From Ophelia neglecta (Eukaryota), in contig OZ260667.1 in assembly GCA_965285935.1 (NCBI GenBank), forward strand, positions 10,106,001 to 10,170,000: 64,000 nucleotides of DNA, in the 5' to 3' direction. The notes under the pieces are model-generated. The model saw only the letters and a list, made by a program, of their open reading frames with translations, was not told the origin of the DNA and did not search any database. The position numbers were made by a program, and so were the translations under genes. Positions 28,601 through 41,800 of this stretch are shown piece by piece. The first letter of the stretch is position 1. Every line of letters begins with the position of its first letter.

Positions 28601-30899
28601 GCCTCAATCTACTCTCTTCAACAAACCGCCTTCCCCCATATAAGTAAAAATATGCGTCTGGATCAAATAAAAACACTATAGTTCGAGGCCTAGCATTTTC
28701 TGGACTATGTCACTGTGATCCAACTGAAGTCAGGATATTACAAATCAGACACGGTGAGTTGTTATTGTGCTACTGTCCGACTATGGAATCTATCTCAGCC
28801 CGTGGACGAAAGGGCAATGCTTAGCTGAGCTTGGCCAGGGTTCGGTACAATCGACATTATTACTTTGTATTCAACATTAATCTTTGAGTGATCAGTTTCG
28901 CCCATCCTAGGGCTTAGGGCCATGTACATTAGCTTCATACTGCTTCAATATCGTCTGTCGCAGATAGATGTATTCTGTCACAATACAAGTGTGACTGGTG
29001 CACTTTATATATTTAATGTATACTGTAAATTTATAGTGTACAATTCAGGATATTTTATACCATTTTCCTCTTAAGTATTCATGGACATTTTACAAGTTTT
29101 TTGGCCCTGTTTTAGTTAGGCCAGTTTGAATTATAGCCTAGGAATAGTATGAGAGCTTACACCATCAAAGCCTTTCTTGGGAAATTTTGACCCCAGTTCT
29201 ACTTTGTGCATTATCTCGTTTATTTTATGATCTGACATACGTCATGGATAACATTGTACTACTTCCTATCAATTTTACCTATGGACTATGGTATTTTGTT
29301 ACATGTTTAATTATTGTTGGGGTGCAGGCGTATTATCGGTTTTGACTAGTCTTGATCACTGATTTGGCTTTGTCTGCTGACTATCCACTCTCGTTTGTTT
29401 TAGTGATCAACGTACTTTACTAATTCAATAAGTACATAACTGCGTTATTCTTTGTTAGCAAACACGCCCTATATAATTGCTATTTCATCGGTCATTAATC
29501 ATCAGAGAACAAAGGAATCAGTATTCAAGGTAGAACAGAGGCAAAATCAGTAGTAAGAATAAAAAGTTGTTCCTAATAGCAAAATCTTTATCATACTAAA
29601 ATATTAATGCAAACCGTAGATATTAACCTATGTTTATTAATGATATTATTTAGAATTTAACATCGACAATGGTGTATTGGAGAAGCCAGGACAGCTTATC
29701 TGACCCACCAGTAAAACAACTAATTGTGATATTATTGGATTAATAAGGAATAAAAACAAAACAAATATGTGCATCGTTCAAAGTAAAAATACATTTTCAT
29801 GAAAGGAACTTATACACGTGACGTTGATCCATTGCTAGGAAACAATCAACTGCTGAAGTCGGCATTCAGTACTTTGTGGCCTTAAGATATGGTGATTTAT
29901 GCAATAACTTCACGACCAGCCAGTCGATCGATTCCATTTAGGATAATAATGTTTTTTCTTCTTCCAAATATAGCCAAACCAGAACCTTGTGCACTAAAAA
30001 GCTATTATTCTGCTTCTATTGTTCTGTGCGTTGATTAATTAGAAACCTAGCTTTATAATTCTTCAAAACAATTGCACATTCGCCGAAAATACACCACTCC
30101 CTCCCCCCCCCCCCCCTCCCACATATAGTTCTTGTAAGACACACTTCCAGATAGTTTAAGCACTATCCATCCCCTACATGTTTCATAATCAATAGTCGGA
30201 GGCTCATAAGAACCCAAGGGATGATTAAAGACATCATCAATCCTTTTCAAGTTGTCATTGGATGTTATGCCTTTTAAACGCGGCCTTGGCTTTTCATTAA
30301 CTCGCAGGGGTTGCCTTTATATTTTTCATCTAATGGTACTGAAAAAAACTGACATTTCAACCTAGGCAGACGGATTTTAAAAACATAAGGTGAAGTCCAT
30401 TTATTTTTCACATCGTTTAATTCCGTCCACATTCTGTGTAAACCTACTATCTGCGTGAAATACGCCTCCATTCGGCTCGGAATTAACCTGAGGCTATCAG
30501 ATTGACAAACTAGATATCACTCATGTTTATCATGTTGAATTTGTATGAGGTTATTTATTGATTCTCTCCTAGTATTATCATCATCATTTTTATTTAGAAG
30601 TATTGAGATCTTATTTTCCATAACATATACATTAGACAACTGGACATACACAATTTAGGCATTACAAGCAATATATTTGCCGAATCATATCATGACTTTA
30701 TGTTGGCTATTCATACTAATAAAGCGATGGAATATGTTTCCTTTGTATACATTTAGGACTTTTAATTGGAATATAATTATGGGGAGGTACTGGTGGTTTG
30801 AATGGTGGTGTCGCCAGCTCGTTTAGCTGATGAGGGAATGGTCGGTGAAGCAGAAACAATTTTGTTCATTTTGCTGATGAGGACACATTGGGTCAGGCA

Positions 30900-31320
30900 G
30901 AAGAACATTAATGATTGGTGTAACTTTTTATATGTTATTAGACAACGCCAAATACGTTAGGAACTGTAAACCATGTGGACAAATTATAATCTGGCTGTCT
31001 GCACAGTTATTCTCATTGCTGTTGAGGCAAAAGTAAGAGTCAGGCAGGGACTTTTATATTTTGTGTTCTGCCCGTGACTAATCTCATTGCAAGTGATATC
31101 TCGTTTATGTTTTTATTAACAATTATAAGCTTTAAAAGTTTATTTACTGTTTCGGAGATTGATTTATCATTGAGTTGTCGCTGCTGGTTCAAGATGCTTT
31201 CGGAACGACTTATGGCTTATTATGGAATAAATAATTGCCTTTGGCCGCAGAGTATTCACTCCCGTTTGTGCAAAGATTGTGTTGATAATTTGTGATGTGG
31301 TTATTTCTGCCTAGTGTAAA
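30900..31320 (-). mobile_element. Second copy of the ancient (possibly Penelope-like) repeat
   Basis: Reverse complement GAACCAGCAGCGACAACTCAA..CTCCGAAACAGTAAATAAACTT matches 11758-11818. Translates ISETVNKLLK. Confidence 0.3.
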
Positions 31321-32766
31321 CGTCTGTGTTTGCGATTTTGAGGCGAAACAACGCCAGTAAAAATGGCAAAGCCAGCGATGGCTTTCAGCTAGATTAAGAC
31401 TAAGTGAGTGAATTACACTTCCCAGCTTTCTCGTCTTGGGTTCATGAGTGTGACTTTAACACGAATTTCTGCCTAAACCATTGAGCCTTCATCTTGTCAG
31501 ATGTCATCTTAATCCAATGTTGTCTCGTTATGGGTTTTTTGATTCATTGTGTTGAGCGAAAGAAATGAATGAAGCGAAATAATTCAGATAAAACCCAGAG
31601 GACAAGCTGTAAATTACCCCAATCATAGATCTTGAAGTGAGAACGGATGTAAATAACTGGCAGGATTACAAACTGGTAGACCGAGAAAAATCGCTCGAAT
31701 GTTCTCAGGTACCGTAAGCCTCGTAGTATATAAGCCTAGCATCACACAAAATGGTTTGATCGTCAATGCATATTTTGCACTGTTAGCCTTTTAGTTATGT
31801 GATATGGACACCAACAATAGTGCAATTCTTTTAAGGATTATAAGTTTTATTTGTGATAATTGAAATGACTAACCCGCTTTTAACTAACAAATATTATTTG
31901 GTGGTTTTTGGCGGGATTTAGTGAAAACTAGGCGTCGATAAATCTGTGCATGTTAATTATTACTGGATCATCATTAATCAGTCGTAGCGGGGCTACTTTC
32001 ACGTCGTGTGATATATAATTTTATTGCTCGATGGTGACTTTCATGGTAAATTCCCCTTTATGTAAATCCAGCATTGTTATGCAGCTGGAAATAGTATTGT
32101 AATTTTTTTAAGTATACTTTACAGTAGCCGGAATATGTAGTGATTCCCTGTGGAAAAAAAAATGTAAGAAAATATGATCCAAGACTTTCTAGCGAGCAGT
32201 TAATGTTCCGGATGACATAAAGTTACGGACTAGCTGTCACAGGTCTATGTGGTCGGGTAACATGTGATATCAACGAACAAGTTATTAAAGCTGGTATTTG
32301 ATTTAGGGTAGTCTCGATAAAAAAGCTAAACAACGGCAATAAGTCTAAGCGGGACGTTCTCCACATAAAATCTAACCTTATAAACGACATAAAATACCTT
32401 ATCCAGCACGTTTAAATCAGCACAAATTTTAAATCTTTAATTGTCATGGAGCCAACCTCGGCACTCATTCACTATAGCTACTAAAAATAGAGCATATAGC
32501 GCACTGATTTGCCCTACTTTTCGATACAAAACAGATTATTTAAGCTAATTAAGTGGAAGACGACGTGCCTGTACTGCCTTTGGAACGGCCATGAGTTATC
32601 ACTCCAGTGTGTCCCTGTATGCAGCTACGTGACCATAGACTGCGTCGTTTTGTAATTCAGCGTAATTATTTTTTTCGATTACCACCATTCAAGTGACTGT
32701 ATCGTTTAGTTTCTTGAAACCTGACACACACGCAAAAAGTGTGTGCTACTTTCAGTTGCGGCATGC

Positions 32767-32881
32767 TTGAACCCGGCTTCCGGTGTGATACACTGGCCTA
32801 GCAAATTGTATGCCCTGAAGCAAAAGTCAAACAAGTTGCTAGGCCAGTGTACTACACCGTATACCGGATGTCAGGGTTTAA
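32767..32881. repeat. ~115-bp imperfect palindrome (piggyBac-type MITE-like)
   Basis: Arms TACACTGGCCTAGCAA/TTGCTAGGCCAGTGTA are a perfect 16-bp inverted pair and extend imperfectly to TTGAACCC.../...AGGGTTTAA. Confidence 0.6.
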
Positions 32882-34861
32882 GGTTTTATATATGCAACAT
32901 ATTTATATATATATGGATTACCAGTAGCTACGAGCTACGATAAATGGATTTCCGGGGGGGGAGGGGAGGGGCACACACGGCGTCACAGACCAACCAGTGA
33001 CTAGGATACTTGTTAGGAATATTATAAGCAACATTATCAGCGGTTGAATCCAGATTAAAATCAAGAACATACAACAGTACTTTTTTGCTATATTTATTCC
33101 AGAAAGGCACACACGCTGCGAACTCCGAACACATAACCAATCATAGAATTGTATTGCAAATCGACATTCATTATACACATTGCAATAACATTGTTAGTCA
33201 TAGCAATTAATGAGTACACTTAAACTCCAAAATGTACTTTAACAAATTTGAAAACATCTTAACTCTATCAAGCTTTATTGGCATTACCAAGTAAAGTAAC
33301 AGCCAGATTTTTCCTTTTCCCTCGGATAAGACTATTTATCAGTTAAGATCACACAAGACATAATAATTTACATTTTTCCTTGCACACAACAATCAAACAC
33401 GTACAAAAACTGTTATTTTTATATTTACAGAGCAAATTGACACATAAGCGCTCTGCTTCATCAAACCTTAAGGCATTTAGCTTAGTAAGTTGGGACTCAT
33501 GAGTAAACGAACAGCAACCTGGAGTAAATAGGCTTAATAATATAGAGATTACGATTTGTTGATGCATCTGTTCGCGAACAGGTGGCCCAATCTCAGCAGG
33601 CCAAAATGATGCATACGATGTTTACATACCGTCCTCCGATAAACTCAATTAAGACCTTATTTCCCGGTTTGCCGAACCCCACCTGTCGCAGGTAGACAAA
33701 TATTTACGTCTACTGGTAGTGTACAATTATCTGCCTTATCACATACATCACCTCAGATGGTGTAGAAACAAATAATGGTCATCGTAAAACAAACATCCTA
33801 TGTTACACTTTTTGATTTTATTTATCAAATTATTTCCGGCGTTTCGTATATATATAATCAAATAGTCATTAACCGCCGTAATCGATGTTTTTTGTTTCAA
33901 TTTGCAAATTTCGGAGAATTATTTTGGTGCCCACCTTCCTTCTCCCTTCCTCGTTCTGCCTCGAATTCCCCTCCCTCCTTCACACTTTCCAAACAAAATG
34001 GAATTCTACGACAATATTCACCTGCCAACTGTTGCCGTCTTTTTTCAATAGAATCTGCACCGATCCCTCCAGGGTAGAATTGAGTATTCAAACTTTCAGC
34101 ATCTAGCCTAAATGTTTCAAAATTGGCCAAGGTTTCAGGGGAGATCGTTTGGATTTCCTTTCAAGGAAATTAGGACATTTAATCACATTAACGCCCACTA
34201 TCAGGTGTAGTGCATGAATATTAATGTACGGGGAGCAAATGGGCATGGAACAGCAAGGTTTTGCTCCAAAATATTTTGCTAATTGATCGCAGTATTTGTT
34301 CTTGGCCTCCTGCTGTTTCACTTTATATAACATATCCAGGTACTTTTATCAAAGAGCTACCTAAGTACCAGATTTAAGAAGGAAGCCGCTCTGGACAAAA
34401 TCATTGCTATTCCACTTCATTGATTTGGCAAAGAAATTGTATTATACAATGTCTTGTCACATTAGGCGTTCATGGAAGAAATTGAAGTCGATCATAATAT
34501 TATTATCATTGGCAGTTTCGAGAAACCCTTGTTATAGCCAACGCGTTGATATGTGTTAAACCAGCCAATGTCCAATCATATGTTGATCTTGTCGTTCGGT
34601 GAATCAATATATTGAAGGAAAATTAAACCTACCTAGGCGTTGCTTGGATTCAAGCCAGCCTGTACCGCATTCTAGACTGAAGAAGATCCGGCCGCTGTGA
34701 CATAACTCAAAATATGAAATTCACATTATCAGAAGCTTCAGGTTCATATCATATTGCAGAATAGTTCTGTATTGATTGATCATGAATCTGATATTTTTTT
34801 CATATATGTGCTTTAAAAAGCGTAAAACGTTAGTCAAGAATGATTCAAAAATCTCAGTGAG

Positions 34862-34867
34862 TTTATT
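34862..34867 (-). promoter_or_regulatory. Candidate polyadenylation signal for the globin mRNA
   Basis: AATAAA on the minus strand ~900 nt past the stop. An alternative lies at 33274-33279. Cannot be chosen without transcript data. Confidence 0.25.
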
Positions 34868-35766
34868 ATCTAGTATGGCTGAGTTGTTATATACCGTTTT
34901 TAATCACAAACATTGCAAATGTCCACAAACATGGCAAATATGAACGCAACAAATTAAATATTGACCATCGATATATTTTGACTATTGACTATCGATTACT
35001 TGAGCTTTAAACATTTAAGGATAAATGTGTCCTCCCATTTCCCGCCATGTATAAGGTGACACACACATACCGATATGTTGATAAATCACAACGTTAACGA
35101 CAAGAAAGAAGTACATCGTTTCTTAAGGGGGAGGGAACGTATTCACCCGCAATTGGCCATAAAAAGGCCTTTGTTGAAATGAGGTTTAAGCAGACTCAAG
35201 AAAAGTCGAAAAAATAAGAAGGCCGGTCTGACGGTGGCAATTTTCTATTTTTCTTGCACCAGAACTATGTTCTGCCCTAAATGAAGTTTGTTAATAGCCC
35301 TATGTGACAAGGTCATCACTTTTTTTTAAAGACTATGGCACAAACTCGGTTGATTTCATGAGTTCATGCGGTGAGAATTTCCCGTCTTAGTTCGTAAGGA
35401 CACTGCAGGTGTCGTCTTTGTGGCTTTGTAACAAACTGCGATAAACAAGTCTCTGATAACATCAACTGCTCATTTGCGACTCTCCCTTTGGAACCAACGC
35501 CTTTTCTTCATGGACTTTCCACTTGCATTTATAACATCGAGATGGGCATTATTCTCTAGCATTAGTTGTTTTCTCTATTTGCACTATCATGCTCTAGCCC
35601 AGGTTTTAGAGTCCTTCAAAAAGTGCTACTGGAAGGTGTGAGCAGCACATAACGTTACTGTTTCCAAGAAGTCCTGCTTTCAAAAAGCAGACTTTAGAGG
35701 ACAATGGCTGTTCTCATAGATGCCCCATCCCAAGTGATGGCTCTTTCTTCAGTATGACCAGTATCT

Positions 35767-35898
35767 TCAGAGAAGCATCGCCTCCCTCATGCAGTGGGCC
35801 ATGAATTTGAAGAGCATTGCCCATGCTTCTTCTACTTCCGGGTTCCAATGATTCTTAAGTACAGGCTCTATGGCAAACAAGAACTGTTGTCCCAGAAT
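35767..35898 (-). CDS. Globin coding exon 3 (G/H helices, stop)
   Basis: Acceptor TTGTTATTTCAG|ATT. Translates as ILGQQFLFAIEPVLKNHWNPEVEEAWAMLFKFMAHCMREAMLL*. Too short to appear in the ORF track. Confidence 0.92.
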   Translation of the reverse strand: MLGQQFLFAIEPVLKNHWNPEVEEAWAMLFKFMAHCMREAMLL

Positions 35899-38800
35899 CT
35901 GAAATAACAAAATACTTGTTAAGTATTTCCTCTTAGGCACAAAATATTAAGATGTTATCTACGATCGATATTGCAAACTCACACCCCCTTACTGTACGTA
36001 TCTGTAAAGTCATTCACTGGCGGTAGACATGTACTAGATAGGAAGTTCCCCGGTTATATTTTTAAAAAAATCTACTCCATTCTTCTATCCTATAAGAATA
36101 TATTATAAATGATTTTCTGATTTCCACACAAAAATGAAATGGCACTCGGAAATGTTAAATAAAAATACATAGTTGTTACGACTAACTGCGTGAGATAAGG
36201 TTTAATGATCACAAACCAGTCGTCTTTACATATAAGGAGAAGATTAATAACATATTTTGTTAAAATCAGCCTAAATAATTTATTAGTCAGGAACTAGTTC
36301 TTCTTAAGCAAGCAATGCAGTACGAAATCATTAAAGACAGCGCAAATCCGACAATGCTCTAGTTATTGAATGTATAACATTAACGTCTAAAGTCCATTAG
36401 ATTAAGCTATGCAATGTAATTTTGGTTATTTGTTGTTTTTTCCTGATGTGGAACTAGAAGCAGCTTACGTCGAGATATTCCACCTTGGCATTGAATATGA
36501 TGTGTTTGCGGCCCAACTCATGCAATGCCCTGACTGCTTTATCTGGGTCATGCCGCAGGTCCACCAACATCTCTACTGTGTGAAAGACTCGTTTGCCATG
36601 CGCGCGCAGCTCTTGGCTATACCGGGTATCCTCCGATGATAGGTTTTTGAATGGTCCAAATGCACCCTTTACATCTGGGTAGGTCTCAAATAATCTACAA
36701 AACACAACGATGCCAAAGAACCGTGAAGTGATTAATTCGTGTAAATGGGACATTTTGTCAGTAAACAAATCCAGGTGATATTTAAAGTTAATAATTGAAA
36801 TATCTTTTGAATACACTGGCCTTTGACTGAGTACAATATTTCAATTGGCACGTATCCGTACATTGACTAAAAGAAAGAGAGATTAAACAATTTCTTCAAA
36901 TACAGGTACCTTAAGTATGTTCATCTAACATATGTCCACTTATACGGTTTGAATTTGCCTTAGGCCTAAATAAAACTAATTTAAATTTCGTACTTATTTA
37001 GGTCTTCTTGGAAATGATCCCGGCATTAAATGGGTGGATTAACTACGAAGTAATGTATGCCAAAATATTTAGCCATCGGACTAATCATATTCCACGCACG
37101 TATGATGTACGGACACGCTTACACACACAACTTACTGCAAAATGGTCGCCTGCCTGGCATAGACAGACCATCGCAATTATTGGGGATTGAGGTAGGGGAT
37201 TTTTCATTAAGAAATTAATCGGCAACTTTCAGAGAAAAGGCTGTTTTCTGCTCTAGAAATGTTTGTTTTGGCCAAAGTTGAAAAAAAAACAAATTTATGT
37301 TTATAAATGAAGTTTTTTTAAGTTTTTTTTTCGAAAGGAATCTTGTACTTTTTTTTATAAATAATTAATGGATTAGTCTTGAACATCGGGTTTGGTTTAT
37401 CTGCCTAGTGTCTATTCCAGTATAAGTAGTAATGGTTCACCGTCAAGTCCTGGTTGTATGTAGACAATCTGTGCTTTATCTAATGGCAGAGCCATCGGTG
37501 CATTCAGAGCTTACCTGCCTTTTAATCCTTATGTTCTGCAATCTACCAAAATTGCGTTATAGATTGCCGCGCTTTCTTGCAATTAATTATTATCGCTTAA
37601 TTTATTGTAAATTGATGGGGTAGGCGAAAACGGAAGGAACGTACTTTTGTTATTTGGCTAAACATGGAAACTAACGTGTCCAAAACTTGGGGTTTCCTGA
37701 CCAGTCGTTTTACGTTAAAATCTATATTGCGCACCAAAGATGATAATTGCTTTCCTTCGTCCAATGCATCATTAGTGAAATTAAAGCTCTTAAGCAAATA
37801 AGATCAGCCCGAAAGCGCTAAATCGGTCAAAGCGGAGGTAATTGAGACATTAGTGACATGAAACACTAAGCAAATAGTCCTGGCTGTTATTACCTATGTT
37901 GTTAGAGGCAAATTTTTGTGTATAGAAACTTCCGTCACATATATAAATTATTATAAGACGTTCAGGATTGGCCGTTCGCTATGATAATTATCAACCACGG
38001 CCATTACAAGAACGAATTTTCAGGGGAATAGATATTATTTCTTTTACCGGTTTATCACGTTAGCCAAACCTCATCAAACGTTGGTAACCGGAAGGTAGAC
38101 GGGAAGTGCTAACATCGCCAGTCTATGTCGTTTCTGGGATTGCATACAGTCAGGATATAAGATGGATGTCATACGACACCCACTATAGTCTCGGTCTGTC
38201 GTATTGGAGAAATAAAAGACGAGTGACTCAAAAGCAGAGAAATCTAATTACCCACATCGCGTATCTTTCTTTTAATTTGATATTTTGCAGCACTCTAAAG
38301 GACCGTCTCCTTCTTTATAATCCCACGCGTGTCCTTGCCTGGATACAAGTTCCAACAATCCTTATTAATAATGTAGCAAATGCCACAGTAAACGAGTTTA
38401 CCTCAAACACATCGCTGAGAGTGGCTAAACCCTATAAAAAAATCAGTAATGTATAATATTTATTATCCTTATTAAATATCGCAATCTCTTCAATGATCAG
38501 TATAATGATCTGGTCATGATTAACGCACCTGTGCCTTCTCGGTCGTTGAAAATACTCTACTGTGACAAGAAGCGTGCCTTTTTGCCTGGTATTCATTGCA
38601 TGCGCAGAGGAAATTGACAAAGCAAACAACTAACAGCAAAACATCTGTTCGTTGGCCAAATCACACATCTGTATTAATACTGGTGCGACAAAAAGAATGA
38701 GGCAGCAAAACAACGGACGTGACCAAGAGAAACATTGGACATTTATTTCTTAAGCCACGTGAAAGGAATTGGCAAAAGGGAATGAGTACCGAAAGAAATT

Positions 38801-41800
38801 GTCCTTCCGACAAGCCGACAAACACACTAAGAGCGTAGCAGGACAACAGAGCAGCCCATTTCTTAATATGTAAAACTTTAGCCAATAAAATAACAATAAA
38901 AAAATATAAAGGCAGCTCAGATAATTCTTCACTCTATGATTTGTCCATCTCTTCCATCTGCGAGATTCAATCTCGCTTGGCAGATAATAGCTGTAATTAT
39001 TGTTGGGAAAAACCGGTATGATTCACAAATGGAGAGTGCAGCACCGTGAGCAGGAATTCTCTAAAGAGTCCGCAGAAGAAGGTAGGCAATTCTAAGCAAA
39101 GGGGCAGTTGGTTTCTACAGACGTAAAATAGCACAACCACAATTGATTCCCTCGAATAAGACGGGCATTGATACCAGGCAGAAAGAAGTGTTTGTAACAA
39201 GCAAACTCCATACTATTATGGTACAGGAAGCAATTGACAAATATTTGTAGGGGAGGCTGCTGTTTAATTTCCAAGAGTTATCTTTCAAAAGAGGCTTAGG
39301 TTTAACCGATTTTATCTGCCATTGGAATAATTTTGTTATTTAACTGAATAATTTGCAATTTAGTGAAGGGCAGGCGGCTTTGCAAGGTTCTAACCGGTTT
39401 TTATAATTTCTTTATGTCAGTCAATATTATCCCAAATAGATTATTAGGTTGGATTCTACTGAACTTCATCTTGCATTACTTATATAGCCCTTATGATGTA
39501 TGTAGACTGATTTACTTTGTTAGAAAGGTTCTCTTTCGCTTACTTACACAATAGCCTACATGCATGGGTTTCAACGCGTAAATTTGTGCATCGCAGACAA
39601 TCGTATGCACAAAATAAGTGATAGCCCATACAGAAGCCGTGAAAGCTGTAATAAAGGGTCGGTCATCTAAGCAGTCTACAAATAAAATTATAGAGGTCAC
39701 AAAATACCAGGAAGAGTACGAAAAGGTCGAGCAATATACCATGAAAGTCTTTTCTATGTGGACGAACAGGCCTCATGAAATCCTACTTGTCTGGGTTGAT
39801 AAGTTCATTATGTTGGTACGCCCGCAGCGGTCGGTAATAACAATTGGCTTAAGTACGCAGGTGCTTCAATAAAGCAATTGCATTGCCCTGTAGATTAATC
39901 TGAGGTTTGGTTTTGCCGAAGACGATATGTTGACGCTGACATGTACTTTGACGAGGAGTCTAGCTGTGGCCAGCAAGCGGAGGGAGGGGGGGGGGGGGTA
40001 AAAGGGGCTTTTAAAGGGCAATGGTTTCCATTTTACCTTGATTGTAAAAGGTTGATAGCCGAAAACTTCTGTTTACGAAAGAAATGACCTGCCTGTGAGT
40101 TTATGTGTTTGTTCACGTCATATATTACATATATTTTCCGAGAACTATAACTATAAATATCTTTCTCAGTCAAATGATGGATTGTTTAGGAATCGTACTC
40201 AATAGTATGTATCGCCATTTACTCTCCGGAGTTCTAGGAATGCAGCCATATATATTATATTCACCGACATTGAATCCGTCGTCTGCCGTCGTCTCTTGGG
40301 AAATTTGGCAGCCATGGCTACAGAGTGAAATTGGACAATAACGGATTAAAAATTATATAAAGACGGATCTTTAGGAAAATTGTAAATTTCAGAAGCATAT
40401 ATATAAAAGAATAAAAGTCAGGTGCATAATAGGACGTTCAAGCAACATATTATTGAAAACAACACCAGTCAAGATGCCGGTAGGATCGACCGGCTAATTT
40501 CTATGTGTTTTAGAAGACAGTGGTATCTGACTATATGAGCCCTACATATACCAATATGGTCAGATATTATCGGACAGATCCAAGAAATGCTGTGTGCAGG
40601 AAGCTCTGGCCGATAACACTCAAAAGCACTGGTTGTCAAGTGACTTCACCAAAGTCATATGACCAGTCACCTCCCAAGAGCGGACAATGGTGCAGATGAA
40701 AATGGCGTGGCGTAGTGGCGGTAGATTTCTACAAAGCCAAGATAAGGTTACAAAAGTGTCAGAGCAGACTTTCATGGTAGTTGCTGGTCAGACTGGTCAG
40801 AATGTTTTATATATGCATCTCGTTAATCTTCTTTTTGCAGTTTTGAGTAGGCCTATTGGTTTCTTGTTTGCCGTTTACAAAGGAATCTGTCTGATAACCA
40901 CAAATCCGATCATTGTTATGCTGCCTCAAGGAACAACATAAGCCCAGAATAGCTAACCATATATGGTAGTGTCGCATGCATTCCGACCAAGGCCACATAG
41001 AGCTACTGGGTTAGGCGTTGTCCTGCTGCGTAAGAAAAGGTAAATTACTGCAGGTGCTTAGTTATTAGTATTTTACGGATACAAACATCGTTAAATTGTC
41101 TTGTAAGTTGCTTTTGTTAGGATTTATTGTCGTTTTCCGGTAAAAGATATGTTGGACAAGATTGAATTTATTTGTGGTTGTCATAACTAATCGTGCGACC
41201 CCAGCAAGATATCTTAAGAATGCCAATGTTTGTGAACACACATTATTATTCACAGAGTCGAAGAAGGCTTTTAAAACTATGTGTCTGTGCTTGAGGTGTT
41301 CAAGAATCAAACTCAACCACTGACAAGCTGGGACATTTCCAGAACTATGTGTAGTCCATTCTCTTTATCAGAGTTGTAAATATTGGCGTCTAGTTCAGGC
41401 CCCGAGTAAGGTTTACCTTAGCGTCATATGTGCAATTACCTACGGGTAAGACGCCGCGGTTTTGTCGCGATTTAGCCGCGTGTTTTTGCGACCGGCACTT
41501 GACGTTGTGCAGTACAAGGAAGATAACCCACATCCCATGAGGGCAGTGTAGTAAGAATCTGGAAGGCAGCCACATTAAAGCGAATAATCTTAAAACAAAT
41601 TTAGAATGCAACTTATCAACATAAATTAAGCATCTTTTTCAAATATCAACTGGCGCCTTTGCATTCGAAGCAACGTTAATGTCAATTTGATAAAACTTCC
41701 ATCTTAATTCCATTAACATAATGGCATAAACAACATAGCACAATTCCTCAAGATATTAAATTGGAAAGCATAAAACAAATCTAGCGCATGTTTTCCGAAA

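Noticed and set aside
1-33000. Additional host protein-coding exons among the 60-120 aa ORFs
   Set aside because: No recognisable domains, many non-ATG starts, and lengths expected by chance. Small exons of a long gene cannot be excluded without RNA-seq.
35700-35769. Selenocysteine or readthrough at the globin TGA
   Set aside because: The stop falls at the natural end of the H helix and no SECIS-like structure was recognised.
36454-36816. Stand-alone 120-aa globin ORF
   Set aside because: Its N-terminal part is intronic and it lacks the A, G and H helices. Only 36469-36694 is exonic.
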